The notes below the pieces were generated by a model that worked only from the letters and a program-made list of their open reading frames with translations, ran no database searches and was not told the origin of the DNA. From assembly GCA_965372445.1 (NCBI GenBank), contig CBDVCJ010000003.1:1-32013 (forward strand): a DNA stretch of 32,013 bases. The letters are read 5' to 3'. Origin of the DNA: an uncultured Thermoplasmata archaeon. Its GTDB lineage: Archaea; Thermoplasmatota; Penumbrarchaeia; JAEHCK01; CBDVCJ01. Position numbers and translations under genes: made by a program. Positions 1-9,094 of this stretch are shown here, one piece after another (the stretch's first letter is position 1; the number at the start of each line of letters is the position of its first letter).

Positions 1-12
1 TTTTTAAAGCGA

Positions 13-52
13 GGTAATTTGCAAAGCAAATTACCGCAGGGATCGATATCCC
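13..52. repeat. Two adjacent hairpins (10-bp perfect stem plus 5-bp stem)
   Basis: GGTAATTTGC-aaa-GCAAATTACC at 13-35 is a perfect inverted repeat. GGGAT-cgat-ATCCC follows at 39-52. Function unknown. Confidence 0.6.
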
Positions 53-115
53 CTCAAGTCTCTAAACTCCAATTTCTAATCCTTATAAGTCAGAAAAAGT
101 TATCAAATTGCCAGG

Positions 116-1051
116 GTGGTCACCATAAAAAATAAAATAACAACTAGTCGTTGGGTTGTTCAATTAATGTGGTTCGTGTTCTTTGCACACGGGATCTTAT
201 TCGGTATTCCCGCGTTTGGCAGCTCGGCATCACTCCGCAACATTTTCATCCCGAATTTCACAACACGGTTTTTAAATAATTCGCCCGGGTATTGTTATTT
301 GTATGAAATGCAGAACGCGATCCAAGGCGGTTACAAAGTATATTACCTGAATCTGATCATTCCGTTCCTTATTATTTCGGTAATGATCTTAATACTCGGC
401 CGTGTTTGGTGCGGGTGGCTGTGCCCGTTTGGGTTCTTTCAAGATCTCATGTCGAAAGCGCGCAAAACAGCAAAGCGCTCGTATAAAGAGCTGCCGTATA
501 GTGCCGTTGTGATCCTGGACAGGTTCAAATACGCGTTATTGTTCATAATAATTCTACTACTATTCAGCATAAGCATTCCCGCGTTTGCATTATATTATTT
601 CAGGGCGGATTTGGCGTTACCATATTGCCAGGTCTGTCCCGTGCGGCCTTTGTATGTATTTTACCAGCAGTTGTTCGGGATGGAGTCCTGGTCGACCTCG
701 ACACCGATCTTTGGCATTATCGTGCTGGGTGTTGTTATTGGCACTGGATTTGTCGTGAGGCGCTCGTGGTGCAGAGTGTGCCCGCTCGGTGGGTTGCTGG
801 CACTGTTCAGCCGCCGAGCGCTAATAACACTGCGCAAAGATGGCGATAAATGTACTAAATGCAGAGCATGTCTGAGAGCGTGCCCGATGGATATCAGCGA
901 GGTCTACGAGGAGATGGAAAAAGATAATATCTCCAGCCCGGAATGCATACACTGCTATCGATGCGTCGAGCTCTGTCCTGAAGAAGGGTGTCTGAGCGTC
1001 GCGGTAGTGAATAAAGATATTGTGAAGTCAAAACCGATGGCGAAGAAATGA
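116..1051 (+). CDS. 4Fe-4S binding membrane protein, NapH/MauN/RdxA-like polyferredoxin
   Basis: Several hydrophobic helices, CGWLCPFG, CQVCP and CRVCPLG motifs, and two C-terminal ferredoxin motifs (CTKCRACLRACP, CIHCYRCVELCP). The GTG start is uncertain. Confidence 0.85.
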   Translation: MVTIKNKITTSRWVVQLMWFVFFAHGILFGIPAFGSSASLRNIFIPNFTTRFLNNSPGYCYLYEMQNAIQGGYKVYYLNLIIPFLIISVMILILGRVWCGWLCPFGFFQDLMSKARKTAKRSYKELPYSAVVILDRFKYALLFIIILLLFSISIPAFALYYFRADLALPYCQVCPVRPLYVFYQQLFGMESWSTSTPIFGIIVLGVVIGTGFVVRRSWCRVCPLGGLLALFSRRALITLRKDGDKCTKCRACLRACPMDISEVYEEMEKDNISSPECIHCYRCVELCPEEGCLSVAVVNKDIVKSKPMAKK

Positions 1052-1143
1052 TTACGATTTCGTATCTGCGGCATAGGTTAATAAACCAATTCCTCACCGA
1101 GGGCGAAGTCAATCGCCCATAGAATAATATAAAGTCACGGCAG

Positions 1144-1162
1144 CGAAAATATATATATATAA
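1144..1162 (+). promoter_or_regulatory. Putative archaeal BRE + TATA box for the TIGR03790-family gene
   Basis: Purine-rich CGAAAA directly followed by TATATATA, about 110 nt upstream of ATG 1271. A perfect tandem ATAGACAAAA x2 lies at 1181-1200. Confidence 0.45.
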
Positions 1163-1270
1163 TATATTTATGGAACACATATAGACAAAAATAGACAAAA
1201 TATTTTTTTACTAGTAAAATGATGGGTGATTAGTTAATATTAGAATTAGAGAACCTTTGAGGTGGTATTT

Positions 1271-4200
1271 ATGTTTTCAAACATCCCAGTCATAAATTTA
1301 AAACGGATTATAATGATATTTATCGCATTGATATTGATTACCACCAGTGTACCCGCTGGGATAGATCCAAATTCGGATGTGGCTAATACTCAACCCGCCA
1401 GTACAATTGTTACTCTACCACCCTTACCAGAGAGTATAATCACCAATTACCCGGATCTTGAACCTAGTAATTTTCAACCGATGACCTACGCGCCTGACTA
1501 TAATGACGTATTAGTGGTATATAATGATAACTCCCCGATCTCGATCCAGATCGCACAATATTTCCAGAGCCAGCGTAATATTCCTCAAGCACACATGTGT
1601 AATATATCAACATTAATAAACGAGGAGATCAACCGCGCTACATTTGACGACCTAAGAAGCCAGATCGAGACTTTTATTCAAAATAATGGTCTGACAATAA
1701 TAATTAATTATATCGTTACAACAAAGGGAGTACCATTAAAGATCACAGGTGGCGGAGATAGTTATGCTAGTGTCGATGCTGAATTGACGATGATCTTGGG
1801 TGTTTATTCACAGTATATAGGTAATTGGCGAACCTTCCCAAATACTTATTACGGCAGCTGGCGCGATTTCACCAAGGAATATTACGATATATATTTGGTA
1901 ACTAGATTAACTGGCTATGATTTCAATGATGTTAAAAGTTTAATTGATAATGCAACGAACAGTTACGGCCAGCAGGGCAATTTTGTGTTTGATTTCGACC
2001 CGACCAAAGAAGGTAATGGCGGCACCCGCGCACGAAATGATAGGCTCGAGAATGCCCACGCCATCTTAACAAACAAAGGTTATAATTCGAAATTGCATAC
2101 CGGCGGTCCATTCCTTATCGATGAATCTAATGTTGCGGGTTATGCCTCGTGGGGCTCTCGCGACGGCCAATACTTTTCTCCGGCCGTAACGTCCAACACG
2201 GGCCTTGAAACCGATACCTCGCCTGCGGATGGTATACCAGACGGGTGGAATGAGTTTGAGGACCCGAATGGCACTGTTTCGATGGATGACACCGAAACTC
2301 GTGGCAGCTGGTCTTCATGGTCCGTCAAGATCGCGAGGAATGAATCAAATGAAAATTATTCATCCCTCTATCAAAACATAACAATAAGGCCTGATATTAG
2401 ATATTATATGTTGGGTTTTATTAAGTTCATAGGAGTTTCAGGTGATCTAGGTGGACATCTCCAGATCAAAGCTTATGACGGCGCGAATCAACTGGTACAA
2501 ACACTCAATGGTTCTGCCCGCACGGGCACTACCGACCGCTGGCATAGGTTAAATGACGTTTCTTTTGATCCTATTGCAGGTGTGACCAAGGTCTCAATTG
2601 CTATTGTGTTGGCTAAATCGAGTGGGACCGTTTATTTTGATGATGTCGGGTTATATGAAGTTAAACCCCACAATACATGGGTACCCGGCGCACTTGCTGA
2701 AACTTTCACGTATTATAGTGCATGGACTTTTACATATCCACCCTATGCACGATATTCATCCTTTATTGCCGATCTCATCCATGAAGGTGTGACCGGTGCT
2801 TCGGGATATGTATATTATGAAGGGTCGCGATATTTACATCCGGACCTTTTATTTAATAGATATACCGAAGGTTATACTCTTGCAGAAAGTTTCTATGCCG
2901 CCTCGGATTATCTCGGGTTCACTGAAATTGTTGTGGGCGACCCGAAGGTCAGACCTTATTTTGGATTACTGCCGGATCTAAGTCTAGAAACCGATGATAT
3001 TTCTTTCGATACTCCGTTCCCAAATCATGGCGAGAATGTTGAAATTTCGGCGAAGATCCATAATGTAGGGGGAAGACTGGCAAGTAATGTAAATATAACT
3101 TTTTATCTGGGGCAGCCAGGGTCTGGAGATGTAATTGGTTCCCAAGTGTTCTCTAGTATTGACAAAGATGGAACAAAGACCGCGAAAATTAATTGGAACA
3201 CCTCGCAATTCTCGGCAGGGGACCACGATATTTACGTAAAAATAGACCCGGGCGATGCAATACGCGAAATTAATGAAACTAATAATATTGCCAATATTAG
3301 CATCCATGTAAATGCATTACCAAAATTGATAAATTTGGAATTTGAAGATACTTCAGTTTATAGAACAAATAGCATTATGATCTATACAAATGCTTCTGAC
3401 AGTGAAACTGTTTCGAATTTAATTGATGCCGAACTGCATTATAAACCTTCGAGTTGGGGTGATGACGACCTCAATTGGACAAATTTAACCACCCGCGTGT
3501 ATAATAGTGTTGAAGAGCGCTGGGAATTCAGTTTTGGGCCTGAAGCAGATTGGGCAATTGGTTATTATTCATTCCGTATCAGGTTTATTGATATGGATAA
3601 TGGAGTTAGCAACTGGTACCAATATAAAAAAGCGGTGAATGTTAAGAATAACGTCCCGACAATTGAGAAGGTATGGGTCTCCGAAGAAAATATTACTCGA
3701 TTAGAAAAGCTCACGATTTTTATCGAAGGTAATGATGTAGAAGACCTAAACAAATTGGAGGTTAAAGTACAATATCGTCATTCACTTCAGGGCACGGCAA
3801 ATTGGAATACAATAGATCCCGGTAATATTTCAAACCCACAGGGAACAAATACCCAATGGGAGGCCTACATTCAGCTTAATACCTCTGTCAAATTAGGTTT
3901 ATATGATTTAACGATAGAAATTACTGACCAAGACAACAAAATGGTTTCAATGGCCATTGAAGAAGTTTTCAATATAATCAATATAGACCCGGAAATGGAT
4001 GCAATAACATTTTCGGCCACAGAAGTTTATCGTACGAACACAATTTATATCTATATTGATGCCGAGGACACCGAGGATTCGGGTGGGGACTTGCAGTGCG
4101 AGCTCCAATATGCCTACGTGGCAGCCCCACAAGAGGGAGATTGGGATGAGCTTTATATCGCAGATATTCATTGGGAACCCCAGGCCAAGGTCATCCAAGC

Positions 4201-5482
4201 GCGTTTCCATCCCACCCCCAGTGCGGTTTTAGGGTTGTACAAGGTGCGGGCGCGTGTGAGTGACCGTGACAGTGCCTGGTCGCCGTGGAATTTTGCCGAT
4301 GAATCCATAGAGGTGAAAAATAATGTACCAACAATTGTGATGGAAGATGTACCAGATACGGTTTATGAAGATGAAGAAATCTCATTTGACGCGAGTAAAT
4401 CTACGGATATTGAATCCAAACTATTGTATTTCATCTGGGACTTTGACGATGGCTCTCAATTAAGTGCCGAGAAACAGGCGAGCCACACGTATACGGCAAA
4501 GGGTTTGTACGATCTAAATTTAACTGTTGAAGATCAAGATGGCGGCAGTTCGACAATAAACAAAACTATTGTGGTATTGAATGTTAAGCCGGTTGCAGAT
4601 GGATATAGTAACATTCAATCTGCGTTTGTTGGCCAAGAGGTAACTTTCTACGCCGAAAAATCGTATGACACCGCTTCTGATACGAACAACCTGACCTATA
4701 TCTGGGATTTTGATGATGGTTCGCCTTTGGAAGAGGGTAAAGTCGTAACACACACCTTTACAACCGCCACACGCTATTTCATAACCCTGACAGTTAAGGA
4801 TGGCGATGAAGACGAGAGCGAAAAAGATACGATTATGCTGGTGGTTGAAAACGCCCCTGAGGGCGATGGCGAAGGCTCAGAACCGACCGACAGAGGTTTT
4901 GATATCGCAACACTCGGAATTATCTTGATCGTGATCGTCATAATAATAGCGATCGCGGTTTTATTTGTGTGGCTGCGCAAGAAAAAAGCAGCAGAGAGAA
5001 AGATCGAAGAGGCAGTCGCCCCCAAACCCTATGCAGGATTGGAAGAGCCGGATGTGATCATCAGACCGGGGACGGTCGCATCATCGCGAACTACCCCCGA
5101 AATCGAGGTTGCACCGACCCCGACAGTTGCAATGCAGGAAGCACCGACCGGTTTTGAGCAATTGGAAGGCATACCGTCAGAAACAGCAGCACTTCCACCC
5201 GCAGGTGGTTTAGGAACGTTACCACCCGAACATCCAAAAAGACCGACGCAAAAAGCAGAGCCGGAAGTCATCACCCCCGACATCGAATTTGCACCGGAGA
5301 TACCGTCACAGCAAGAGCCCGTGGTAAAAGATTCAGGGGCTTTAAAAGGAAAAGGTGCTGTAGAGGTTTTGATACCGGAGGAACTTTCGCCGACAACCCC
5401 GATCGGCCAAGTCCCGGAAGCGCCAGCCAAACCAGAACCTAAAAAAAAGGTCAAAAAGACCGTCCCTAAGGTAAAGAAATAG
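1271..5482 (+). CDS. TIGR03790-family surface protein with inserted CBM-like domain, CARDB, Ig-like and 2 PKD domains, C-terminal TM and Pro/Glu-rich tail
   Basis: N-terminal signal-like stretch. Family motifs VLVVYN, YIVTTKGVP, SVDAEL, YLVTRLTG, GVTGASGYV-E, LAESFY, VGDP. CARDB-like PDLSL...KIHNVG...EINETNN. PKD motifs WDFDDG x2. TM LGIILIVIVIIIAIAVLFVWL followed by RKKK. Start moved from GTG 1262 to ATG 1271 because GAGGTG (1259-1264) fits as its SD. Confidence 0.8.
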   Translation: MFSNIPVINLKRIIMIFIALILITTSVPAGIDPNSDVANTQPASTIVTLPPLPESIITNYPDLEPSNFQPMTYAPDYNDVLVVYNDNSPISIQIAQYFQSQRNIPQAHMCNISTLINEEINRATFDDLRSQIETFIQNNGLTIIINYIVTTKGVPLKITGGGDSYASVDAELTMILGVYSQYIGNWRTFPNTYYGSWRDFTKEYYDIYLVTRLTGYDFNDVKSLIDNATNSYGQQGNFVFDFDPTKEGNGGTRARNDRLENAHAILTNKGYNSKLHTGGPFLIDESNVAGYASWGSRDGQYFSPAVTSNTGLETDTSPADGIPDGWNEFEDPNGTVSMDDTETRGSWSSWSVKIARNESNENYSSLYQNITIRPDIRYYMLGFIKFIGVSGDLGGHLQIKAYDGANQLVQTLNGSARTGTTDRWHRLNDVSFDPIAGVTKVSIAIVLAKSSGTVYFDDVGLYEVKPHNTWVPGALAETFTYYSAWTFTYPPYARYSSFIADLIHEGVTGASGYVYYEGSRYLHPDLLFNRYTEGYTLAESFYAASDYLGFTEIVVGDPKVRPYFGLLPDLSLETDDISFDTPFPNHGENVEISAKIHNVGGRLASNVNITFYLGQPGSGDVIGSQVFSSIDKDGTKTAKINWNTSQFSAGDHDIYVKIDPGDAIREINETNNIANISIHVNALPKLINLEFEDTSVYRTNSIMIYTNASDSETVSNLIDAELHYKPSSWGDDDLNWTNLTTRVYNSVEERWEFSFGPEADWAIGYYSFRIRFIDMDNGVSNWYQYKKAVNVKNNVPTIEKVWVSEENITRLEKLTIFIEGNDVEDLNKLEVKVQYRHSLQGTANWNTIDPGNISNPQGTNTQWEAYIQLNTSVKLGLYDLTIEITDQDNKMVSMAIEEVFNIINIDPEMDAITFSATEVYRTNTIYIYIDAEDTEDSGGDLQCELQYAYVAAPQEGDWDELYIADIHWEPQAKVIQARFHPTPSAVLGLYKVRARVSDRDSAWSPWNFADESIEVKNNVPTIVMEDVPDTVYEDEEISFDASKSTDIESKLLYFIWDFDDGSQLSAEKQASHTYTAKGLYDLNLTVEDQDGGSSTINKTIVVLNVKPVADGYSNIQSAFVGQEVTFYAEKSYDTASDTNNLTYIWDFDDGSPLEEGKVVTHTFTTATRYFITLTVKDGDEDESEKDTIMLVVENAPEGDGEGSEPTDRGFDIATLGIILIVIVIIIAIAVLFVWLRKKKAAERKIEEAVAPKPYAGLEEPDVIIRPGTVASSRTTPEIEVAPTPTVAMQEAPTGFEQLEGIPSETAALPPAGGLGTLPPEHPKRPTQKAEPEVITPDIEFAPEIPSQQEPVVKDSGALKGKGAVEVLIPEELSPTTPIGQVPEAPAKPEPKKKVKKTVPKVKK

Positions 5483-5500
5483 TAAAAATTACAGATCGAT

Positions 5501-6187
5501 TTAAAGATCGAGATATTTTTTCAGATGTTTTGGTATTGAGCTTTTATCTATAGTTAATTCACGGCCAGTGCCGCCGCAATAATGGCAGACCACAGTACCT
5601 CTGCAATCCGGGCAAACATTGGTACCACCACAGTACGAGCAGTCACCAGTCCCGCGGCATCTATTACATTTACCAAGACCTTTACAGACGGGGCAATCCT
5701 TTTCAGACAGATTTGCATCCGAGGGGCCGCCATAACCCTTCGGCACATAGCCTTCCTTACCGGTGCCACCGCATTTTTGACATTTGCCGGTACCGCCGCA
5801 AACGGTACATTTGCGCTTACCTCTACACATAAAACAGGTACCGGTTTGGTCACAACTTCGACATTTTTTAGAACTAAGACAGTTATAACAAGTTCGCTCG
5901 GAAAATTTTATGCCGGCAGTCCTTAAACAAGTCCGGGCCTCTTGACCTATACCCATATTCAACAAACAAATGGCTTTAAAGAACCAAGCTTCCCTATTAC
6001 CCACATTTAGTTTTAAAATTTCGTCAAAATGTGTTATCGCCTTGCGATAATTTTTTTGGTTCAATGCATTGACACCCAATGACATTAAATTTTCCAGGTG
6101 GGTTTGTTTGGGTAAGGGTTTATGACAGCCTATACAGTATATATATTGATCTTCGTTCTCGGTGTCACATTTGGGACATACTTTCAT
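5501..6187 (-). CDS. Zinc-ribbon + TPR protein with 10 tandem CxxC(xGxG) DnaJ-type zinc-finger-like repeats
   Basis: N-terminal CPKC/CIGC ribbon and TPR-like helices (YRKAITHFDEIL...EAWFFKA). Then CYNC, CRSC, CFMC, CTVC, CQKC, CPVC, CNRC, CSYC, CPDC, CHYC, many followed by GGTG/RGTG. No J-domain HPD motif. Confidence 0.8.
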   Translation of the reverse strand: MKVCPKCDTENEDQYIYCIGCHKPLPKQTHLENLMSLGVNALNQKNYRKAITHFDEILKLNVGNREAWFFKAICLLNMGIGQEARTCLRTAGIKFSERTCYNCLSSKKCRSCDQTGTCFMCRGKRKCTVCGGTGKCQKCGGTGKEGYVPKGYGGPSDANLSEKDCPVCKGLGKCNRCRGTGDCSYCGGTNVCPDCRGTVVCHYCGGTGRELTIDKSSIPKHLKKYLDL

Positions 6188-6294
6188 AGTTATTCCATCT
6201 AGGAAATATATTTACTATATTAATATTATTGTTATTTAATTTCTGTGATTAAAATCAAGGGGTTGGGAAAGGTTGATTATATGGATTGCCTTCG

Positions 6295-6616
6295 GAAAGG
6301 CGAGAGGCGAAAGGCGACATATGATTACAAATATCGGGAGCTCGGGAACCGGGAGCAACGGAACCAACTGTCCCCCACCCCAATTTTTAACGCGAAAGCA
6401 CGAAAACGCGAAAGAATTTTTTTCCATTGACTAATTTTCGTGTTCTTCGTGTCCTTCGCGTTAATCTTATGGGGGGTAGGGGGCTTGTTTCCCGTTTCCC
6501 GACCATACCCTATCACCTAACTCCTATAACCTATAACCTAAAAAAACTCAGGACTATCGATGCTCCCGATACTCCCGCCTAAGGTATCTTATTAATCACA
6601 CTCCCGGTACTCCCGA
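6295..6616. repeat. Nested imperfect inverted repeat with 7-mer and 8-9-mer periodic arms
   Basis: Core TTAACGCGAAAGCACGAAAACGCGAAAG (from 6387) pairs with TTTCGTGTTCTTCGTGTCCTTCGCGTTAA (to 6464). CCCCCACCCC pairs with GGGGGGTAGGGGG, and GGGAACCGGGAGCAA with TTGTTTCCCGTTTCCC. Flanking 7-mer runs: GARAGGC x3 (6295-6315) and CCTATAA-like x4 (6509-6536). Confidence 0.75.
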
Positions 6617-6747
6617 CATGAAGCTACTATTATTATACATATAAAAATATGTAAATTATATATAAGAAAAATATATAAAACACCAAAGACATACGCTAGT
6701 TCCCACCTTTAAAAACTGTACGATAGATACTCTCGTATACCTCAATT

Positions 6748-7953
6748 GTGGGGGGGATGACAATAAATTTATCACTATTGATAAAGAGCTATGTAATAGT
6801 AGGCCGATGGTCGAATATACCGTTAAGGTTACTTATTGTATTAGTTGGAATTTTATTGGGATTGACCTCGATCTCGATCCTTTACTCCTTCCAAGTTCTT
6901 GAAGGTATCGTATTATTCGTCTTTTTCTTTATTTCGTGCTATTTGATCGATTCATATTTCAACATTAATGCCCGTAAAGCCCAAAAACTGGCCAGTGCAA
7001 TAAATATTTTCAGTCGCTCGGGTTTCATGACAATTGTGGCGATTCACATTATAATTACATTATTGTTAGCCTTACACCTGTCTTTTATGCTGGATAGGAT
7101 CCAGATCGTGCTATTAACTGGAACGGGATTGATCATTGTCACGTTTGGAACTTTAAATGCTGCCTTGCAATTAAAACGAAGTTTGTCGGCATCCACGCCC
7201 AATAACTCAAATGAATTCACTCCAAATTCGAATATTCCTTTAATTACATCATCAATTGGAATGGTATTTATGCCAATGACTTCGGCATATTTTATTGCCA
7301 ACGATGTTTTGAACATATTCTCGATATTAACGATAATCGGTGTTACTGTGGTTTTCGGTGGCATAACCGTGTTTGAGCAATTAAACGAACAGGTCCAAGC
7401 CAATGTTAATGGTAAGACCGCTAAGAATTCCGTAGATTGGGAAGCCGTTCAGGTGACAAAAGAACTCGGGTTATGTGAAGACAACCTAAAAAATATAGCT
7501 GTCGATCTCTACAATTTACGAAACGAGCCGGAATATAGCAGTATCCCAAAAGAAGAGCGGTTATTATTTCTGCCGCACTGCCTGAGAATTGCCAATAAAT
7601 GTAAAGGCAAATATGGGGATGAAGGCCTACTCTGCCGGCATTGTACTAAGGATTGCCGAGTCAACATCATCACCACCGAAGCCCAGAAATTAGGGTATAA
7701 ATGCTTCGTCGTGCCCGGTGGTCAAATGGTATTCAATATAGCAAACAAATATAAACCAAAAGCGGTATTAGCCGTTGCGTGCTTCAACGAGCTCAAGGAG
7801 GGCGCTGCGAGAACCAACGGTGGTGATTATGACATACCCTTTCAGCTTGTACCGCTGCTTAAAGACGGGTGTGTCAACACCGAGGTCGATGTCGAGGAAG
7901 TGAAGAAATTATTACAGTTAGACCGTCAAGGGGCCGGTCTTTCTGCGAGTTAA
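6748..7953 (+). CDS. DUF116 domain protein with N-terminal multi-pass membrane region
   Basis: About six hydrophobic segments, then RLLFLPHCLR...C...CRHC...C...VPGG...AVAC-NEL...LLKDGCVNTEVD, which matches the DUF116 pattern as I recall it. The start may be ATG 6757. Confidence 0.8.
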   Translation: MGGMTINLSLLIKSYVIVGRWSNIPLRLLIVLVGILLGLTSISILYSFQVLEGIVLFVFFFISCYLIDSYFNINARKAQKLASAINIFSRSGFMTIVAIHIIITLLLALHLSFMLDRIQIVLLTGTGLIIVTFGTLNAALQLKRSLSASTPNNSNEFTPNSNIPLITSSIGMVFMPMTSAYFIANDVLNIFSILTIIGVTVVFGGITVFEQLNEQVQANVNGKTAKNSVDWEAVQVTKELGLCEDNLKNIAVDLYNLRNEPEYSSIPKEERLLFLPHCLRIANKCKGKYGDEGLLCRHCTKDCRVNIITTEAQKLGYKCFVVPGGQMVFNIANKYKPKAVLAVACFNELKEGAARTNGGDYDIPFQLVPLLKDGCVNTEVDVEEVKKLLQLDRQGAGLSAS

Positions 7954-7972
7954 CAATAAGGTGAAGTAAAAT

Positions 7973-9031
7973 ATGACAACCATAGTTTCGCGTGAACAGC
8001 TCAAAGCTGCACTGGAGCGTGTATATCAGCGCGACAAAGCAGATCTGAGCAAAAACAGTACCGCAATCAAAAGTAAATTGGAAATGTCATCATTACTAAT
8101 TTTATTTGGTACCTTGATCATTATCGGATCATTAATGGGAATGCTTTATTTTCAAGAGATCACAGAACTTACCATTTATTTATTCATAGCGGTATTAATA
8201 ATCATCGGATTAGTAATATCATTCAGAGTGCCTTGGCATTTAAGCCAAAATATTTCCGAGCTAAATCTCAAGCTGGATTCGAGTTTCACACGTGTTCAAC
8301 TTAATAGTGTACTGGGGGCCGTATTTATTTGTATGTTTGTTATCGGTGCCGCAACCACGTTTATACAACTGGATACAACCCAATTAGAAACTACAGAGCC
8401 GGAACTGGAAAATTTTGTAATTAACGATTTCATTCTAGGCGAAACATACCTGGATGTCAGCGGCGACCCCCGGATCGAGATAGTGGTTAATATTGATGGA
8501 CCCGAAAATAATGACAATAAGGATAAGGTACTGATAAACCTGGAATCCTGGTTTGCAGGGGATAGATTAGAAGCTAAGACCACAAGGGTACCGTCCAACA
8601 ATACGATTCAGGAATCGTTATTGATACATGATCTCGAAGATACATCCTATAAAGTCGAATTGATAGTGAATAATGAGATCGCCGATAATATTTTCAAGCC
8701 AAGCAGTAAAGACTTTTATATCTACAATGCAGAAGTGAAAATTCGTGGACTTTTAATGAATAAAGCTGACATTACCGTTACTGTATATAATGAAGGTGAA
8801 CCTCGCGAGGAGCACATGGTCGAGATCATCGTAAAATCGTCCAGCATTCTCGGCTCCGAGGACGAGGAATCGACGACGAACGATGAGGTTATCGAATCTG
8901 ATGAAACCTGGAAAACGACTTTCACGGTAAGTTTGGATTACTTTGAAGGTGAAGAAACTGAATTTGAAATATTTTTAGAATTCAGCGAAAAAACAATCGA
9001 TCAAGAGAAAATTATTATTGAATCGAGTTAA
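7973..9031 (+). CDS. Hypothetical membrane protein (3 TM, acidic C-terminal beta-rich domain)
   Basis: AGGTGA SD at 7959-7964. Only 19 nt after the DUF116 stop, so probably co-transcribed. Three hydrophobic helices, then an acidic region. Confidence 0.7.
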   Translation: MTTIVSREQLKAALERVYQRDKADLSKNSTAIKSKLEMSSLLILFGTLIIIGSLMGMLYFQEITELTIYLFIAVLIIIGLVISFRVPWHLSQNISELNLKLDSSFTRVQLNSVLGAVFICMFVIGAATTFIQLDTTQLETTEPELENFVINDFILGETYLDVSGDPRIEIVVNIDGPENNDNKDKVLINLESWFAGDRLEAKTTRVPSNNTIQESLLIHDLEDTSYKVELIVNNEIADNIFKPSSKDFYIYNAEVKIRGLLMNKADITVTVYNEGEPREEHMVEIIVKSSSILGSEDEESTTNDEVIESDETWKTTFTVSLDYFEGEETEFEIFLEFSEKTIDQEKIIIESS

Positions 9032-9059
9032 AATGAAACAAATGTGAACTTTTTTTAAC

Positions 9060-9072
9060 AAAATATATATAT
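9060..9072 (+). promoter_or_regulatory. Putative TATA box, probably a leaderless transcript for the first array gene
   Basis: AAAATATATATAT ends about 23 nt upstream of ATG 9095, and there is no SD before that ATG. Confidence 0.45.
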
Positions 9073-9094
9073 TCTTGAACAAGATTTCAATTGC

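Noticed and set aside
5501-6187. dnaJ
   Set aside because: No J domain (HPD) or C-terminal substrate-binding domain.
6236-6516. Three 61-63 aa ORFs in the TPR-DUF116 gap
   Set aside because: They overlap each other across the inverted-repeat structure, show repeat-derived low complexity and match no family I recognise.
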